Shown here: positions 27,412 through 38,174 of the stretch, in pieces
How the letters are laid out: each line of letters starts with the position of its first letter
Position numbering within the stretch: the first letter of the stretch is position 1
From: Candidatus Azobacteroides sp.
Lineage (GTDB): Bacteria; Bacteroidota; Bacteroidia; Bacteroidales; WRGA01
Assembly: GCA_009787405.1 (NCBI GenBank)
Contig: WRGA01000120.1
Span: 1,165-65,164, forward strand
DNA: 64,000 bases
Direction: 5' to 3'
Program-made: the position numbers and the translations under genes
Notes under the pieces: model-generated
What the model was told of the DNA's origin: nothing
The model's database searches: none
What the model saw: only the letters and a program-made list of their open reading frames with translations

Positions 27412-27584
27412 ATCAAATCTTTTTAATAATTCTATCCATATTGCGTCCCGTCAGGACAAAAGGCTCACACAGATTTCACGGATTACACAGATTTTTTTAA
27501 TGGATGTTTTTCAAAATCTGTGTAATCTGTGAAATCTGTGCGAAAATAACGAGAATGTCTATATTATTCCGGATTCTTTAAAAT
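27412..27584. repeat. Long-hairpin repeat, family 2, copy 2 (short loop)
   Basis: Same leader, about 28-bp stem and tail as copy 1, directly repeated about 283 bp downstream. Confidence 0.85.
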
Positions 27585-27783
27585 GCATCATAAGCCATTC
27601 ATTTTTATTTCAGGTATAATATTAAAAATACAAAAGATGATATATTTTTCGGTATGTTTTCTCATAAAAGATAAAAAACACGCAAAAAAGCATTATCTTC
27701 GCAACATAAAACGTATTTACCGCATATTAAGTCTAATTCTCTTAAAATAAGAAATATACAATTTTATCAAAACATTTTTAAAA

Positions 27784-28851
27784 ATGAAGAAGCATAATTT
27801 TTACGCAGGGCCTTCCATTTTAAGCGAGTACACGGTTAAAAACACGGCGGAAGCAATCCTTGATTTTGCCGGAACCGGGATATCTTTGATGGAAATATCG
27901 CACAGAAGCAAAGAATTCGTGGCGGTGATGGACGAAGCCCGTGCGTTGGTAAAAGAGTTGCTGGATGTTCCGCAAGGGTATGATGTTATTTTTTTGGGAG
28001 GAGGAGCAAGTTTACAATTCTGTATGGCTCCATACAATCTGCTTGAAACAAAAGCCGCTTATTTAGATACAGGAACATGGGCATCCAATGCGATTAAAGA
28101 AGCTAAATTATTCGGTCAAGTGGATGTTGTCGCTTCTTCGAAAGATGCCAATTACAGTTTTATTCCCAAAAATTATGTCGTTCCGTCGGATGTCGATTAT
28201 TTTCATTATACGTCCAATAATACGATTTTCGGCACTCAGATGAAAAAGGATCCGGATGTGGATATACTTTTGGTGTCGGATATGTCTTCCGATATTTTTT
28301 CCCGTCCGATCGATGTTTCGAAATACGCATTAATTTATGCCGGCGCCCAAAAGAATCTTGCGCCCGCGGGAGTAGCCGTTATCATTGTGCGCGAAGATGC
28401 GTTGGGAAAAGTGAGCCGTCCGATTCCGACAATTTTGGATTACCGCACGCACATCAAAAAAGAAAGTATGTTCAATACTCCTCCATGTGTGCCGGTTTAT
28501 GCGGCATTACAAACATTGAAATGGTATAAAGAGTTGGGCGGAGTCAAAGCGATGCAAAAAAGAAATGAAGAAAAAGCCGCTGTTCTGTACGGTGAAATTG
28601 ACCGGAATAAATTATTCAAAGGCACTGCAGCCGTAGAAGATCGTTCGGTGATGAATGTTTGTTTTGTCATGAACGATGAATACAAAGATTTGGAAGACGA
28701 ATTTGCCAAATTCGCCGCATCCAAAGGGATGGTCGGTATCAAGGGACACCGTTCCGTGGGCGGATTCCGTGCTTCAATTTACAATGCATTACCGCTCGAA
28801 AGTGTTCTGGCTTTGGTGGAAGTCATGAAAGAATTTGAAAAACAACATTAA
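27784..28851 (+). CDS. serC: Phosphoserine aminotransferase
   Basis: 355 aa. [10 protein letters not shown]-terminus and the [13 protein letters not shown]-lysine region. Followed by serA. Confidence 0.92.
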   Translation: MKKHNFYAGPSILSEYTVKNTAEAILDFAGTGISLMEISHRSKEFVAVMDEARALVKELLDVPQGYDVIFLGGGASLQFCMAPYNLLETKAAYLDTGTWASNAIKEAKLFGQVDVVASSKDANYSFIPKNYVVPSDVDYFHYTSNNTIFGTQMKKDPDVDILLVSDMSSDIFSRPIDVSKYALIYAGAQKNLAPAGVAVIIVREDALGKVSRPIPTILDYRTHIKKESMFNTPPCVPVYAALQTLKWYKELGGVKAMQKRNEEKAAVLYGEIDRNKLFKGTAAVEDRSVMNVCFVMNDEYKDLEDEFAKFAASKGMVGIKGHRSVGGFRASIYNALPLESVLALVEVMKEFEKQH

Positions 28852-28858
28852 ATCCGTA

Positions 28859-29782
28859 ATGATGAAAGTTTTAATTGCAACAGACAAGCCTTTTGCGCCG
28901 GATGCCGTGAAAGGGATCAGAGCCGTGGTGGAAAAAGCCGGGCATGAGTTGGTTTTGCTTGAAAAATACACCGAAAAATCGCAATTGATTGATGCTGTAA
29001 AAACAGTGGACGCTGTTATTATTCGCAGTGATATCATTGATGCCGAAGTACTGTCGGCTGCAAATCATTTGAAAATCGTTGTTCGCGCCGGCGCCGGTTA
29101 CGATAATGTCGATTTGGATGCGGCGACTGCAAAAAATGTCTGTGTGATGAATACACCCGGACAAAACGCCAATGCCGTGGCCGAATTGGTTTTGTGCATG
29201 ATGGTGTATGCTGTTCGGAATTTCTTCGACGGTTCATCCGGTTCTGAATTGCTCGGCAAAAAATTAGGTCTTCACGCTTACGGAAATGTAGGACGCAATG
29301 TGGCACGTATTGCCGCCGGGTTCGGGATGGAAGTGTATGCTTACGATCCGTTCCTTCCGGACGATGTAATCGAGAAAGACGGCGTGAAAGCTGTAAAATC
29401 GGTGGAAGAATTATATTCCAGCTGTCCATTTATTTCTCTTCACATTCCGGCCACTTCCGAAACAAAGCAATCCATCAACAAAGCTTTATTGAGCAAAATG
29501 CCCAAAAAGGCCGTGTTGATCAACACAGCCCGCAAAGAAATCATTCATGAACCGGAAATAGCGGAACTGATGCAAGAACGCGCCGACTTTAAATATTTGA
29601 CGGATATTATGCCCGGCAATCATGCCGAAATGCAGGAAAAATTTCCCGGCAGATATTTTTCCACTCCGAAAAAGATGGGTGCACAAACGGCCGAGGCAAA
29701 CAATAATGCCGGCATTGCCGCCGCCAATCAAATCGTCGATTTCTTTAAAACCGGAAATCAAAAATTTAGAGTAAACAAGTAA
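28859..29782 (+). CDS. serA: D-3-phosphoglycerate dehydrogenase (short form)
   Basis: 2-hydroxyacid dehydrogenase fold; NAD site GLHAYGNVGRNVA. First ATG at 28859 (the track start 28835 is TTG inside serC). Confidence 0.85.
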   Translation: MMKVLIATDKPFAPDAVKGIRAVVEKAGHELVLLEKYTEKSQLIDAVKTVDAVIIRSDIIDAEVLSAANHLKIVVRAGAGYDNVDLDAATAKNVCVMNTPGQNANAVAELVLCMMVYAVRNFFDGSSGSELLGKKLGLHAYGNVGRNVARIAAGFGMEVYAYDPFLPDDVIEKDGVKAVKSVEELYSSCPFISLHIPATSETKQSINKALLSKMPKKAVLINTARKEIIHEPEIAELMQERADFKYLTDIMPGNHAEMQEKFPGRYFSTPKKMGAQTAEANNNAGIAAANQIVDFFKTGNQKFRVNK

Positions 29783-29835
29783 ACGAGTAGACAAGTTCAT
29801 TCTTCATCCGAAACTTTACAACTTATCTACTCGTT
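29782..29835. repeat. Hairpin element, family 3 (likely terminator), copy 1
   Basis: aacgagtagacaagtt / aacttatctactcgtt 16-bp stem (1 mismatch). The loop contains catccgaaact. Related to 49827-49868. Confidence 0.7.
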
Positions 29836-29870
29836 CACTTCGTCTACTGCTTATTTGTCTACTGAAAAAT

Positions 29871-31115
29871 ATGGCAAAAATAAAACCGTTTAAAGGTATT
29901 CGTCCGCCGAAGGAATTGGTGGAACAAGTTGCTTCCCGTCCGTATGATGTATTAAATTCGGAAGAGGCCCGCGAAGAAGCGAAAGGAAATGAAAAATCGC
30001 TTTATCATATCATCAAACCGGAAATCGATTTTCCCGCAGGTACAGATGAACACGATCCGAAAGTGTATGACAAGGCGGTGGAAAATTTTCATCTGTTCCG
30101 GCAAAAAGGGTGGTTGAAGCAGGATCCCGAAGAAATGTATTATGTATATGCGCAAACCATGAAGGGACGTACTCAGTACGGATTGGTTGTTTGTGCAAAT
30201 GTCGGCGATTATTTGTCGGGTGTAATCAAAAAACACGAATTGACCCGTAAAGATAAAGAAGAAGACCGGATGATGCATGTCAGAGTCAATAATGCAAACA
30301 TCGAACCGGTTTTCTTTGCTTATCCAGCCCATCAAGAATTGGATGAAATTGTTGCCGGTGTCATTCAAAAAACGCCGGAATATGATTTTGTCGCTCCCGA
30401 CGGATTCGGTCACCATTTTTGGCCGATTGATGATAAGGCGGTCATAAACCGTATTACCGGTATTTTTGCCGGCATACCTTATCTGTATATTGCCGACGGA
30501 CATCACCGTACAGCGGCAGCGGCGTTGGTAGGAGCGGAAAAAGCAAAACAAAATCCGAATCACACCGGAAATGAGGAGTATAATTATTTTTTGGCGGTCT
30601 GTTTTCCCGACAATCAATTGCAGATCATCGATTATAACCGGGTGGTCGAAGATTTGAACGGATTGAGTGACGAAGAGTTTTTGAAGGCTTTGGACGAAAA
30701 TTTTGAAGTGGAAGAAAAAGGGTTCGAAATTTATAAACCCGAAAAATTACATCAATTCTCCTTGTATTTATCCGGCAAATGGTATTCGTTGACGGCCAAA
30801 CCCGGTACTTATAATGATAACGATCCGATCGGTGTGTTGGATGTTACGATTTCTTCTAATTTAATATTGGATAAAATTTTGGGTATCAAAGATTTACGAA
30901 CAGATAAACGGGTAGATTTCGTTGGCGGTATTCGCGGATTGGAAGAACTGAAACGAAGGGTCGACAGCGGAAATATGAAAGCGGCTTTTGCGCTTTATCC
31001 TGTATCGATGCAACAATTGATTGATATTGCCGACACCGGAAATATCATGCCGCCGAAAACAACCTGGTTTGAACCGAAACTTCGCTCCGGGCTTGTTATC
31101 CACAGCTTATCTTAA
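29871..31115 (+). CDS. DUF1015-family protein
   Basis: 414 aa. N-terminus IKPFKGIRP...VASRPYDV and the ADGHHR motif are typical of DUF1015. Sits in a conserved serC-serA neighbourhood. Confidence 0.7.
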   Translation: MAKIKPFKGIRPPKELVEQVASRPYDVLNSEEAREEAKGNEKSLYHIIKPEIDFPAGTDEHDPKVYDKAVENFHLFRQKGWLKQDPEEMYYVYAQTMKGRTQYGLVVCANVGDYLSGVIKKHELTRKDKEEDRMMHVRVNNANIEPVFFAYPAHQELDEIVAGVIQKTPEYDFVAPDGFGHHFWPIDDKAVINRITGIFAGIPYLYIADGHHRTAAAALVGAEKAKQNPNHTGNEEYNYFLAVCFPDNQLQIIDYNRVVEDLNGLSDEEFLKALDENFEVEEKGFEIYKPEKLHQFSLYLSGKWYSLTAKPGTYNDNDPIGVLDVTISSNLILDKILGIKDLRTDKRVDFVGGIRGLEELKRRVDSGNMKAAFALYPVSMQQLIDIADTGNIMPPKTTWFEPKLRSGLVIHSLS

Positions 31116-31293
31116 TAAGTATGTCGAAAAAAATAGTTTATATTTTAAACGCCAAGTCACAAAAACAGAAAGACACGAAGTTTAAATTCTTTACGGCTTT
31201 GTGTCTTCGCATCTTTGCATTTAAAATAGTAGATATTAAATCCTGTCATGTTCTTAAAAATCAAAAGTTTTAATTCTTAATTTTAAAAGTCTT

Positions 31294-31863
31294 ATGATTG
31301 AAAATCTGGTTAAATTAGTTGAACAGTATGCCGGTGATGCTGTCGTAAACAACAAGGCAATTCCTGATGAAAGGAACAGCGCGGTCATCAATGAAACGGC
31401 ATCAAGTATTATGACGAGTTTGCAGGGAATGGCGAGCGGCGGACAGTTGGAACAAATTTTGGCGATGTTTACCGGTAAAGGAGGGGACGGAAGCAATACC
31501 CTTACTCAAAATATTCAAAGTAATGTAGTGTCATCCTTGATGAATAAATTCGGCATCAGTAATTCCATTGCTCAAGGTGTTGCGTCACAATTGGTTCCCA
31601 CGGTTTTGAGCGCCTTGACCAAAAACACCAAGGATCCCAATAATCAGGCGTTTGGCATTAATTCTATTCTTTCTTCCATTACGGGAGGCAAAACGGACGG
31701 AATCGATGTTCAGGGATTGCTCGATAAATTTGCCGGCGGCAGCGACGGTAAGTTCGATTTGAGTGATGTGATGAATTTTCTCGGAAAAGGAAAAGGAAGC
31801 GGTAATTCACAAGGTAATAACGGCGGCGGAATATTAGGAGCATTAGGTAATCTCTTTAAATGA
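31294..31863 (+). CDS. Hypothetical protein with a Gly/Asn-rich C-terminus
   Basis: 189-aa ORF with codon usage like its neighbours. ATGA overlap with the next gene. No motif recognised. Confidence 0.5.
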   Translation: MIENLVKLVEQYAGDAVVNNKAIPDERNSAVINETASSIMTSLQGMASGGQLEQILAMFTGKGGDGSNTLTQNIQSNVVSSLMNKFGISNSIAQGVASQLVPTVLSALTKNTKDPNNQAFGINSILSSITGGKTDGIDVQGLLDKFAGGSDGKFDLSDVMNFLGKGKGSGNSQGNNGGGILGALGNLFK

Positions 31864-32645
31864 AATATGCACTGATTACCGGAGCAACAAGCGGCATAGG
31901 ATATGAATCAGCTTGTATCGCGGCTCAAAAACATATCAATCTGGCATTGATCGGAAGAAATACATCAAAACTTGAACAGCTGAAAACAGAATGGGAGAGG
32001 GAATATTCCATAAATGTCAAAATCATCACCTGCGATTTGTCTGAAGCAAATGCCGTTGAGTACATTACAGAAACCTTGAACACCGCCGGCTTTCGTCCCG
32101 ATGTTTTAATCAATAATGCAGGATTCGGGCTTTTCGGAAAATTTGAAGATACCGATATCCGGAAAGAAACCGATATGCTGCAGGTGAATATCGTCGCTTT
32201 AACCCGACTGACCAAGGTTATTTTCCGTCAAATGGCGGAGCAAGGTTACGGATTTATCTTAAATCTTGCTTCGGTGGCTGGATTTATGCCCGGGCCGTTA
32301 ATGAGTGTCTATTATGCCTCCAAAGCATACGTTTTGTCTTTTTCGCAAGCATTAGCTGAAGAAGCAAAAGGTACGGGGGTCGGTGTCACTGCATTATGTC
32401 CCGGGCCGACTGATAGTAATTTTGTGAACAATGCCGGATTAAATTCGTCCATGCTGTTCAAAAGTTTCGGAAAATTGCCGTCATCGCGGGAAGTAGCCGA
32501 ATTCGGATTCAAAAGCATGGAAAAGAAAAAAACGGTGGCGATACATGGAACCGTCAACCGCTTGATGATATCATTCGTTCGTTTCCTGCCCCGTAAAATG
32601 GTTACACGCATGGTGCATTATGTACAGCGTCCGACATCACCTTAA
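31860..32645 (+). CDS. Short-chain dehydrogenase/reductase (SDR) family oxidoreductase
   Basis: TGATSGIG cofactor motif, NNAG, and catalytic YYASK. Confidence 0.88.
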   Translation: MKYALITGATSGIGYESACIAAQKHINLALIGRNTSKLEQLKTEWEREYSINVKIITCDLSEANAVEYITETLNTAGFRPDVLINNAGFGLFGKFEDTDIRKETDMLQVNIVALTRLTKVIFRQMAEQGYGFILNLASVAGFMPGPLMSVYYASKAYVLSFSQALAEEAKGTGVGVTALCPGPTDSNFVNNAGLNSSMLFKSFGKLPSSREVAEFGFKSMEKKKTVAIHGTVNRLMISFVRFLPRKMVTRMVHYVQRPTSP

Positions 32646-32660
32646 ATAGAAATGATAAGA

Positions 32661-33293
32661 TTATTCCGACTGATACTTCCCGTCGATCCAATCGAAAGAA
32701 ATACTTTCCAGCAAACAGGATTTTAATTTTTCAAACTCTTCTTTGTTCAAATATTGACCGATCGAATACGTTGCCGTAAGTTTCAGGTTATCTTTATTCA
32801 ATGCCAGCTTAATCGGATGCATATCCAATGATTCGATCTTATCGGAGCATGAATCCGTCGGATTGCTTTTGAAAAATGCCGATTCGGTTATAGGAGGAAA
32901 ATAGCTGTTTTTCAATGATTTCCAATCAACTGTATAAAAGGAAATGTCACTGTCACATGCCGGAGCACAACCGGTATTGACCAAACACAATATATTATAA
33001 TATTCATTGATCGGAAGCATTTTAATTTCGATTGAATTTCCCGTCGAAGTCTGCAAAAACAAATAATCGTCGCTTAATTCTTTCAATTCCGATTGTCCTC
33101 CCAAATTATTCCGGACAATCGCATTTTTATTCTCATCCGCCCAAAAATCGATCAATGTCGTCCGTAAATCTTTATCCAACGTTTGCACCAATGAATCGGG
33201 CATCCGGACAAATATATCCGACATTTTTTGCGAATATCCCGCACATCCTCCCCAAAAAGAGATCAACACCAAAACCGCCAATTGTTTCTTCAT
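32661..33293 (-). CDS. Hypothetical exported protein (possibly DUF3256-like)
   Basis: Signal-like MKKQLAVLVLISFWGGCAG. 210 aa. No catalytic motif. Confidence 0.5.
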   Translation of the reverse strand: MKKQLAVLVLISFWGGCAGYSQKMSDIFVRMPDSLVQTLDKDLRTTLIDFWADENKNAIVRNNLGGQSELKELSDDYLFLQTSTGNSIEIKMLPINEYYNILCLVNTGCAPACDSDISFYTVDWKSLKNSYFPPITESAFFKSNPTDSCSDKIESLDMHPIKLALNKDNLKLTATYSIGQYLNKEEFEKLKSCLLESISFDWIDGKYQSE

Positions 33294-33462
33294 ATTTTTG
33301 TATTATTGACCGATTAAAATTCGGTCGTATTTTTATTGATTTGATATTTATTTAGTTTGTTATATTTCTAACCGGTCATTTTTCAAAACGTACCTCCTTC
33401 GGCCTACCGGCTATCGGGCAATCCGTAGGTGTGTTGCCGGCTTTAAAAAATTATACACCTTT

Positions 33463-34734
33463 TTATCCGAAGTCATCAAACATCAACATATCTTCCGGAA
33501 CGCCTATGCTGTCGAGCATTTCTTCCACGGCTTTGGCCATCGGCCCCGGACCGCACATGTAATATTCAATGTCTTCGGGCGCTTCATGGTTTTTCAAATA
33601 ATTGTCGTACAACACTTGATGGATGAACCCGACATAACCGTTCCAATGGTCTTCGGGACGAGGCTCGGACAAAGCGATTTGAAAAGTGAAATTGGAATAT
33701 TCTTTTTCCAGCTCGCGAAAATCGTTTTCGTAAAAAATTTCGTTTTCGGATCGGGCTCCATACCAATAACTGATTTTCCGGTCACGTATATTTAATGTGG
33801 TCAATAAATGCATGATGTGGGAACGAAGCGGAGCCATTCCCGCACCGCCGCCGATGTACAGCATTTCGGACGCGGAATCCAATATCGGATGAAAATCTCC
33901 GTAAGGACCCGAAACAGTAACTTTATCTCCGGGTTTGCAGCCAAAAAGATAAGAAGAACATATTCCCGGTTTGACCTTCGCCCAATCTCCGGTCGATTTG
34001 TCAAACGGCGGAGTCGCAATGCGGATGTTCAACATGATGATATTTCCTTCTGCCGGATGATTAGCCATCGAATAAGCACGAAACGTCTCTTCTTCATTGG
34101 AGCAGGTCAATTTCCACAGGTTGAATTTGTCCCATTCCGATTTAAACCGATCGTCAACTTCGATATCGCTGAATTTCATCGAGTATTCGGGTACATCAAT
34201 CTGAATGTAACTTCCAGATATAAAATCGAGCGTTTCTCCTTCGGGCAGTTTCACCACAAATTCTTTGATAAAAGAGGCCACATTATGATTGGATACGACT
34301 TCGCATACCCATTTTTTGATTCCGAGAATTTCCCGCGGGATTTCCAGTTTCAAATCATTTTTTATTTTTACCTGACATCCGAGTCGCCAATGGTTTTGAA
34401 TTTCTTTTCGGGTAAAAAATCCGGTCTCGGTCGGTAAAATACTTCCGCCGCCGTCAAGCACCCGACATTTGCACATTCCGCAGGTTCCGCCGCCGCCGCA
34501 GGCCGAAGGCAAAAAGATTTGATTATTCCCCAATGTCGTTAATATATTTCCTCCCGGAGAAGTGGTCAATTCCTTTTCTTCATTAATGACAATTTTTACA
34601 TTTCCCTGAGGAAGCAGCTTTTGCTTGGCATACAGCAACACCATGACCAACACCATGGTCACCATTAAAAAAACAGTTATGCCGGCTCCGGCGGTCAATA
34701 TTTCTTTTGAATCCAATAACAACATGTTTTTCAA
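33463..34734 (-). CDS. nqrF: Na+-translocating NADH:quinone oxidoreductase subunit F
   Basis: N-terminal TM, 2Fe-2S motif [15 protein letters not shown] motif RAYSMAN, NAD-binding GGGAGMAP. Confidence 0.93.
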   Translation of the reverse strand: MKNMLLLDSKEILTAGAGITVFLMVTMVLVMVLLYAKQKLLPQGNVKIVINEEKELTTSPGGNILTTLGNNQIFLPSACGGGGTCGMCKCRVLDGGGSILPTETGFFTRKEIQNHWRLGCQVKIKNDLKLEIPREILGIKKWVCEVVSNHNVASFIKEFVVKLPEGETLDFISGSYIQIDVPEYSMKFSDIEVDDRFKSEWDKFNLWKLTCSNEEETFRAYSMANHPAEGNIIMLNIRIATPPFDKSTGDWAKVKPGICSSYLFGCKPGDKVTVSGPYGDFHPILDSASEMLYIGGGAGMAPLRSHIMHLLTTLNIRDRKISYWYGARSENEIFYENDFRELEKEYSNFTFQIALSEPRPEDHWNGYVGFIHQVLYDNYLKNHEAPEDIEYYMCGPGPMAKAVEEMLDSIGVPEDMLMFDDFG

Positions 34735-34741
34735 TATTTTA

Positions 34742-35707
34742 TTATAAAATTCTCACCCATTTTTTATTGACGATCATCAATATTTTAGTCCCGATAATCG
34801 AAAGAACCGCAGCCATCAAAAAAATATACAACGGCCTCGAGGATATCATATGGAAACAATCGATCAGAAGTATAAACATCGGATGGATGAAATATATACC
34901 GGAAGACAAATCTGCAAGATTCTTACTCTTCCCTGTTTTTTTATGCTTCACATTCCAAATGAAAATCAAAGGACACAAAAAGAATAACGATAAAAACATA
35001 TCGGTACCTGAGATGGATAACCCTATGGTATTATACAAATACACTTCAGCCGGTAAAAGACATAAAAAAAGAACCGTCAAAATGACCCAAATCGTTTGAT
35101 TGTAGAGTTGTGTAATTTTACCTTCATATTGTCGTACCAAAAAACCAAGCACAAAAAAGGGATACCCGAAAAATAAAAAGTTTCTGTATGGAAAATTCCA
35201 CGATAAAACCAATTTGACACCCGAAGGAACTACATCCCATACTTTGGCAATTTCTAATCCCAACCCGATGAGGTATAAAACAAACGCACAAACAATGAAG
35301 GTGTATTTTCCCAAAAAACGGAATTTATTCAAAAAAAGAAAAACCAAAACACCGCCTATCAAAGCAGGTAAATACCATAAGTGGTTATAACCGATCAATA
35401 ATGTCAAAAAAAAGCGTTTGATTTCAAAAGGCGTCGATACGTTAAAATAGAAAGGCAGATAAAGAATCATCCAAATCACATACAACGATACAATATGCTT
35501 CAAGTATTTGATGATGCCTTTTTTATTCTCATAGACGTTGTAAAAATAATATCCGCTGATCACCAAAAATAATGGAACGGCTATGCGGGTGAAACCTCCG
35601 ACCTCGTTTCCGGCATCTCCGAATTCATAACACAAGTTTGCATGTATGGCAATGATCAAAAAACTTAAAACAACTCTTAACCGGTCAATCCGGACATTTC
35701 TCTCCAT
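34742..35707 (-). CDS. Acyltransferase-3 family membrane protein (OafA/YrhL-like O-acyltransferase)
   Basis: 321 aa, about 10 TM. N-terminal RIDRLRVVLSFLIIAIHA is typical of Acyl_transf_3. Lies between nqrE and nqrF with 26-nt and 7-nt gaps. Confidence 0.7.
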   Translation of the reverse strand: MERNVRIDRLRVVLSFLIIAIHANLCYEFGDAGNEVGGFTRIAVPLFLVISGYYFYNVYENKKGIIKYLKHIVSLYVIWMILYLPFYFNVSTPFEIKRFFLTLLIGYNHLWYLPALIGGVLVFLFLNKFRFLGKYTFIVCAFVLYLIGLGLEIAKVWDVVPSGVKLVLSWNFPYRNFLFFGYPFFVLGFLVRQYEGKITQLYNQTIWVILTVLFLCLLPAEVYLYNTIGLSISGTDMFLSLFFLCPLIFIWNVKHKKTGKSKNLADLSSGIYFIHPMFILLIDCFHMISSRPLYIFLMAAVLSIIGTKILMIVNKKWVRIL

Positions 35708-35733
35708 TTTCTGTTACAATTTTTACGTTTCTA

Positions 35734-36351
35734 TTATAATTTTATTCCTAAAAAACTCATGAATGCGATTCCCATTAATCCGGTAATGATAAACGTTATC
35801 CCCAAACCTCTCAACGGTTTGGGCACATCGGAATACTGCAACTTTTCACGAATGGCGGCAATCGCAACAATCGCCAGCAGCCATCCGATTCCCGATCCCA
35901 ATGAGTAAGACACGGCTTCTCCGATACCGGCAAAGTTTTTTTCCTGCATAAACAGTGATCCTCCCAAAATGGCACAGTTTACGGCAATCAACGGCAAAAA
36001 TATTCCCAATGACTGATACAATGCCGGCGAAAATTTTTCGATGACCATTTCCACCAATTGCACAATGGAAGCTATGACAGCGATAAAAATGATGAAACTT
36101 AAAAAACTTAAATCCAAATCGGCAAAGGATTTTCCCAACCAAGCCAATGCTCCGGCTTTAAGAACGTATGTTTCCAACAAATAATTGACGGGCAATGTCA
36201 CAACCAATACAAAGACAACCGCAATTCCCAATCCTCCCGCGGTTTTTACATTTTTAGAGACGGCCAGATAGGAACACATTCCCAAAAAATAAGCAAAAAC
36301 CATATTGTCGATAAAAATCGACTTGATAAATATGTTCAATATATTTTCCAT
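35734..36351 (-). CDS. nqrE: Na+-NQR subunit E
   Basis: 205-aa polytopic protein. [12 protein letters not shown] and AVNCAILG motifs of the NqrE/RnfA family. Confidence 0.9.
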   Translation of the reverse strand: MENILNIFIKSIFIDNMVFAYFLGMCSYLAVSKNVKTAGGLGIAVVFVLVVTLPVNYLLETYVLKAGALAWLGKSFADLDLSFLSFIIFIAVIASIVQLVEMVIEKFSPALYQSLGIFLPLIAVNCAILGGSLFMQEKNFAGIGEAVSYSLGSGIGWLLAIVAIAAIREKLQYSDVPKPLRGLGITFIITGLMGIAFMSFLGIKL

Positions 36352-36379
36352 TCGTCACATCAAGGTAAAAATCCGATAA

Positions 36380-37009
36380 TCAATTTTCCTGCAAATCCTT
36401 ATTTCTTGCACGATGCACCCAAATGATGCAGGCAACAACAATCAACGCCATCGGAGGAAGAATCATCAATCCGTTGTTCATATACCCTGCATCGTAAAGC
36501 GCTTGAGGAATCACCCGGTAGCCCAATAACGTTCCCGAACCCAACAATTCTCTGAAAAAAGCAACGATAACCAAAATCATTCCGTACCCCAATCCGTTGC
36601 CGACTCCGTCCAAAAAAGCGGGCCATGGTTTATTTCCCAATGCGAAAGCTTCCAAACGTCCCATCAAAATACAGTTGGTGATAATCAATCCGACAAACAC
36701 AGACAATTGCTTGCTGACATCGTAGGCATACGCTTTCAAAATTTCGTTGACAATGGTGACCAATGTTGCGGCCACCACTAATTGCACGATGATCCGGATG
36801 CGTCCCGGAATGGTATTGCGCAATAACGATATGATCACATTGGAAAAAGCCACGACTACGACAACGGATGCCGACATGACCAACGCCGGCTCCAATTTTG
36901 CCGTAACCGCCAACGCCGAACAGATTCCCAATACCAGCACAATGACCGGATTGGATTTGCTGAACGGATTGATCAACACTTTTTTATTTCCGGTTGATAA
37001 TAAACCCAT
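36380..37009 (-). CDS. nqrD: Na+-NQR subunit D
   Basis: 209 aa. NPVIVLVLGICSALAVT and ITNCILMGR motifs of the NqrD/RnfE family. Confidence 0.9.
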   Translation of the reverse strand: MGLLSTGNKKVLINPFSKSNPVIVLVLGICSALAVTAKLEPALVMSASVVVVVAFSNVIISLLRNTIPGRIRIIVQLVVAATLVTIVNEILKAYAYDVSKQLSVFVGLIITNCILMGRLEAFALGNKPWPAFLDGVGNGLGYGMILVIVAFFRELLGSGTLLGYRVIPQALYDAGYMNNGLMILPPMALIVVACIIWVHRARNKDLQEN

Positions 37010-37079
37010 AGTTATTTACGATTTGACAATTTACAAATTACAATTACAATTTTATAATTGCATCTCCTGTAAGGGAGTT

Positions 37080-38168
37080 TTATCTCAGGTCGATGTTGTT
37101 TTCGATGGCGATGCTTAATTCATCGGCATTGATGTCTGTTTCCTGAATATCATCATTATGCCTTTCCAATCGAATCATTTTGCCTTGTTTAAGGTAGTCT
37201 TCTCCGTTAATGATTTTTCCGAATGCCTGAATGCAATCATAGCTTTGGGTGGTGGCGAAAACCTGAACATTCAATTCTTTCGATAATTTAAAAACGATTT
37301 CCCACAATTTTTCAAGAACGGCATAATGAAAACCGGTTTCAAATTCATCAATCAGCAAAAATCCGTTTTTTGCTTCGAATAATCCGTTGAAGACATTCAA
37401 AACACGCACGATACCGATTCCCATACTTTCAGGGGAAACAAGGCTTTGTTGATTCTGCAACTTCAAAACGATGTTTCCTTTTTCCGGAAGGCTGTTATCC
37501 GGTTGAAAAGTGACTTCGGCAATATTTTCGTCCAACATCTTTAACGTTTCCGACAAAACGTTTTTTTTATCCGATTCGACAATATAATCCCACGCGGCTT
37601 TACTTATTCCGCCGATTGTATTTTGAGCGGCAATGGATCTGCAATTTACGTCAAAATGTAATTTTTGAGTCGTTAAAATATGCTCAATCTCTTTTTTCGA
37701 ATAAATAACGGCTTGATCGTCGTTCCCGATTTTTATACCGGTTTTATGCTGAACAACCGGCTTTTCATCCGAAAGAAGTTCCGATTTCACGCCCGATTCG
37801 TCTTCTGTAAAAGCAACTAATTTGAGAAATAAAAGGTGCGCTTCGATCGATCCTTTTTTCAAGGTTTTAATCAACACCCGTTTTTTATCGGACAAATTCT
37901 CCGTCGTTCTGTTTGAGAAAAAGGAAAGAAACGATTTTTTATAATCGATGTCGGAACTTCCTTTTTTGAGATAAATATCTTTCCGACTTTTCAATACGTC
38001 GAATAAATAGATCAAGTTCATTTGAGAAGCATATATACCAATCACTTCCAGCAAAGAGGTCTTTCCGACATTGTTTTTGCCCGTGATTAAATTCACCCGC
38101 TCCAAAGAGATCATCGATATATTTTTCAATATCTTGTAATTTCGTATCAAAAGTTTATCCAGCATCAT
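37080..38168 (-). CDS. AAA_21/ABC-type ATPase (SMC/OLD-like ATPase head, no fused nuclease)
   Basis: Walker A GKNNVGKTS, Walker B LLIDEFETGFH, downstream QVFATTQS. 362 aa. 6 nt after the nqrC stop and 70 nt before the nqrD start. Confidence 0.75.
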   Translation of the reverse strand: MMLDKLLIRNYKILKNISMISLERVNLITGKNNVGKTSLLEVIGIYASQMNLIYLFDVLKSRKDIYLKKGSSDIDYKKSFLSFFSNRTTENLSDKKRVLIKTLKKGSIEAHLLFLKLVAFTEDESGVKSELLSDEKPVVQHKTGIKIGNDDQAVIYSKKEIEHILTTQKLHFDVNCRSIAAQNTIGGISKAAWDYIVESDKKNVLSETLKMLDENIAEVTFQPDNSLPEKGNIVLKLQNQQSLVSPESMGIGIVRVLNVFNGLFEAKNGFLLIDEFETGFHYAVLEKLWEIVFKLSKELNVQVFATTQSYDCIQAFGKIINGEDYLKQGKMIRLERHNDDIQETDINADELSIAIENNIDLR

Positions 38169-38174
38169 ACAATT

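Noticed and set aside
29952-30617. 221-aa minus ORF inside the DUF1015 gene; likewise 33808..34437 in nqrF and 55780..56328 in dnaN
   Set aside because: These are antisense shadows with no motifs. The sense genes are strongly supported.
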